A stretch of DNA of 64,000 bases. Source: Leptogorgia sarmentosa (taxonomy: Eukaryota). The stretch spans positions 19,716,001 through 19,780,000 of the forward strand of contig OZ210885.1 in the NCBI GenBank assembly GCA_964658305.1, given 5' to 3'. A program made the position numbers and the translations under genes. The stretch's first letter is position 1; each line of letters starts with the position of its first letter. Shown in pieces: positions 62,525 through 64,000 of the stretch. The notes beneath the pieces were generated by a model, which had not been told where the DNA came from, made no database searches, and saw nothing but the letters and a program-made list of their open reading frames with translations.

Positions 62525-62668
62525 GCTCAGGGTCGACCGAGTTCTCTTTGTAGGATTTCAATTCACAAAGACATTTTAAAACTCAAAGAAGATGCCAATG
62601 TGCTGCATGAGGAGGTTGTGAAAAAGTTTGTTGAAAAACCCAGAAGACTTGCCTTCCTCTACAAATAG
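62525..62668 (+). pseudogene. hAT transposase extreme C-terminus (dimerisation region end)
   Basis: QGRPSSLCRISIHKDIL..VVKKFVEKPRRLAFLYK* resembles the hAT ending Q.RLS.L..ISI...F....RR..F. Confidence 0.7.
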
Positions 62669-62768
62669 ATTTAACACATTTGTGCTATCTATTTAATTTC
62701 CTCTACTAATATATTTCTTATTGCTTTTCTTATTGCTTTTTTTTTTCTTATTAAATTTCAAATATATA

Positions 62769-62957
62769 TTCTCTATAGTACTATTTGGGGAGATATCGAC
62801 TTCACTTTGAACAGTGTGTGGTGACCCCACAGAATAGTATTTTCTTTCCATAGTTAAAAAAATTGTCTAATTCTCTATAGTTGTATTTGGGGAGATACCC
62901 ACTTCACTTCTGTGAGTGGTGACCCCATAGAATAGTATTCTCTTTCCATAGTTAAAG
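62769..62957. repeat. Two ~90-100-bp direct tandem repeats
   Basis: TTCTCTATAGT..TATTTGGGGAGATA..GGTGACCCCA.AGAATAGTATT.TCTTTCCATAGTTAAA occurs twice. Confidence 0.8.
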
Positions 62958-63512
62958 TGCTACTGAATCGAAATTTTGGGGATGCGTTTTTTTACATAAT
63001 CGAATAGTTCAATCTTTCCTGATCAATATGGTATATTTTTTATAATAATTGAAGAACGGGAACACAGATAATTTTCGCTTCAAAGTTGGGCTATGCATGC
63101 GAATTTTTTCTCTTGAAATATGATGCCGGCGTGACGTAATTAAAAGGACGGAAGTCGATGTATGAGCAAGCTTTGCTATATATTTTGTTAGTGTTTTCGT
63201 GTATGTTCATGAATAAACATGAGTTTATCGAGCAGAGAAAGCAAATGGAGTTTGAATAACGAGAACTCTGATGCATATGGATTGGTTGTGAATTCCCTTG
63301 TGAATCCGTATGAAAACGAGCCGCTCGCAAAGCCCTATTGGACTTTCCTTTGAATGATGTTGTAGGTATTTTAGATCTGCTGTATAGGTATGATCATGTA
63401 TTGTGGGTATTAGGCTTTAGTCCTTTTTGTTATATAGTCTAGGTGTTTAAAATGTCCAGTCCGTGTTGTAGTGTGTCTTAAATGGCCAAAACACGATATT
63501 CACGCAGCGTCT

Positions 63513-64000
63513 ATATTATAAGACTGTCCTACGAGGTGCTTTTTAGGAAGACACGCATATAGCACAGATATATACATATAAGTTCATACATTCCACGTGC
63601 ACACAATTAAAAACGTGAAAAATAAAGCTACAATTAATGTATTAAAAAGTAAAAGGAGCATGAGAGGAAGGTATTGTGGATATGGTTGTCTAAGTCAAGT
63701 GTGAAATATCTATGTATGTATGTATGTTGAGGCCATCATATAATTCAAAGAGTCTAGGATTACTAGACCTTACTTTTGAAGTATATCGGCGAGAGTTATT
63801 TGAGTATAGATACAATCATCCGTGGATAAGTTTTGTATAGTAATGTCACCTTTTACACTTTTTAATACATTAATTCTAGCTTTATTTTTCACGTTTTTAA
63901 TTGTGTGCACGTGGAATGTATAAACTTATATGTATATGTGTGTATCTGTGCTATATGCGTGTCTTCCTAAAAAGCACCTCGTAGGACAGTCTTATAATAT
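63513..64000. mobile_element. Foldback/MITE with >140-bp inverted arms, right end beyond the window
   Basis: About 63513-63656 is the reverse complement of about 63849-64000 (ATATTATAAGACTGTCCTACGAGGTGC... / ...GCACCTCGTAGGACAGTCTTATAATAT). Confidence 0.85.

Noticed and set aside
62952..63350. Possible Kolobok-type end TTAA|AGTGCTACTG
   Set aside because: No matching opposite end or TSD found in the window.

Overview
AT-rich, intron-containing eukaryotic DNA, most likely from an invertebrate animal (inferred from the element repertoire). It is made almost entirely of nested transposable elements and I find no convincing host gene. The standout is a complete 3,992-bp DNA transposon (50353-54344) with TATGG...CCATA termini, ~390-bp terminal inverted repeats (TIRs) and a 6-bp target-site duplication (TSD, AAGGTC), matching the IS3EU type. 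It carries two convergent genes: an apparently intact 4-exon DDE transposase and an alpha-kinase (eEF2K/TRPM-kinase family) split by one frameshift in an A8 run. A second, diverged copy of the kinase ORF N-terminus and other IS3EU-type transposase remnants lie elsewhere in the window. Other well-supported elements: two full-length BEL/Pao LTR retrotransposons (one with identical LTRs and a tRNA-Tyr primer-binding site, one with no tRNA-type primer site); an internally deleted AcademH element (RecQ-like helicase, 9-bp TSD); an apparently intact 5-exon PHD-FLYWCH-MULE transposase element; a decayed MULE; DIRS tyrosine-recombinase retroelements; a Penelope-like element with a minimal hammerhead ribozyme; Gypsy, piggyBac and hAT remnants; and several MITEs. 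All calls come from manual reading of the sequence; no database searches were run.
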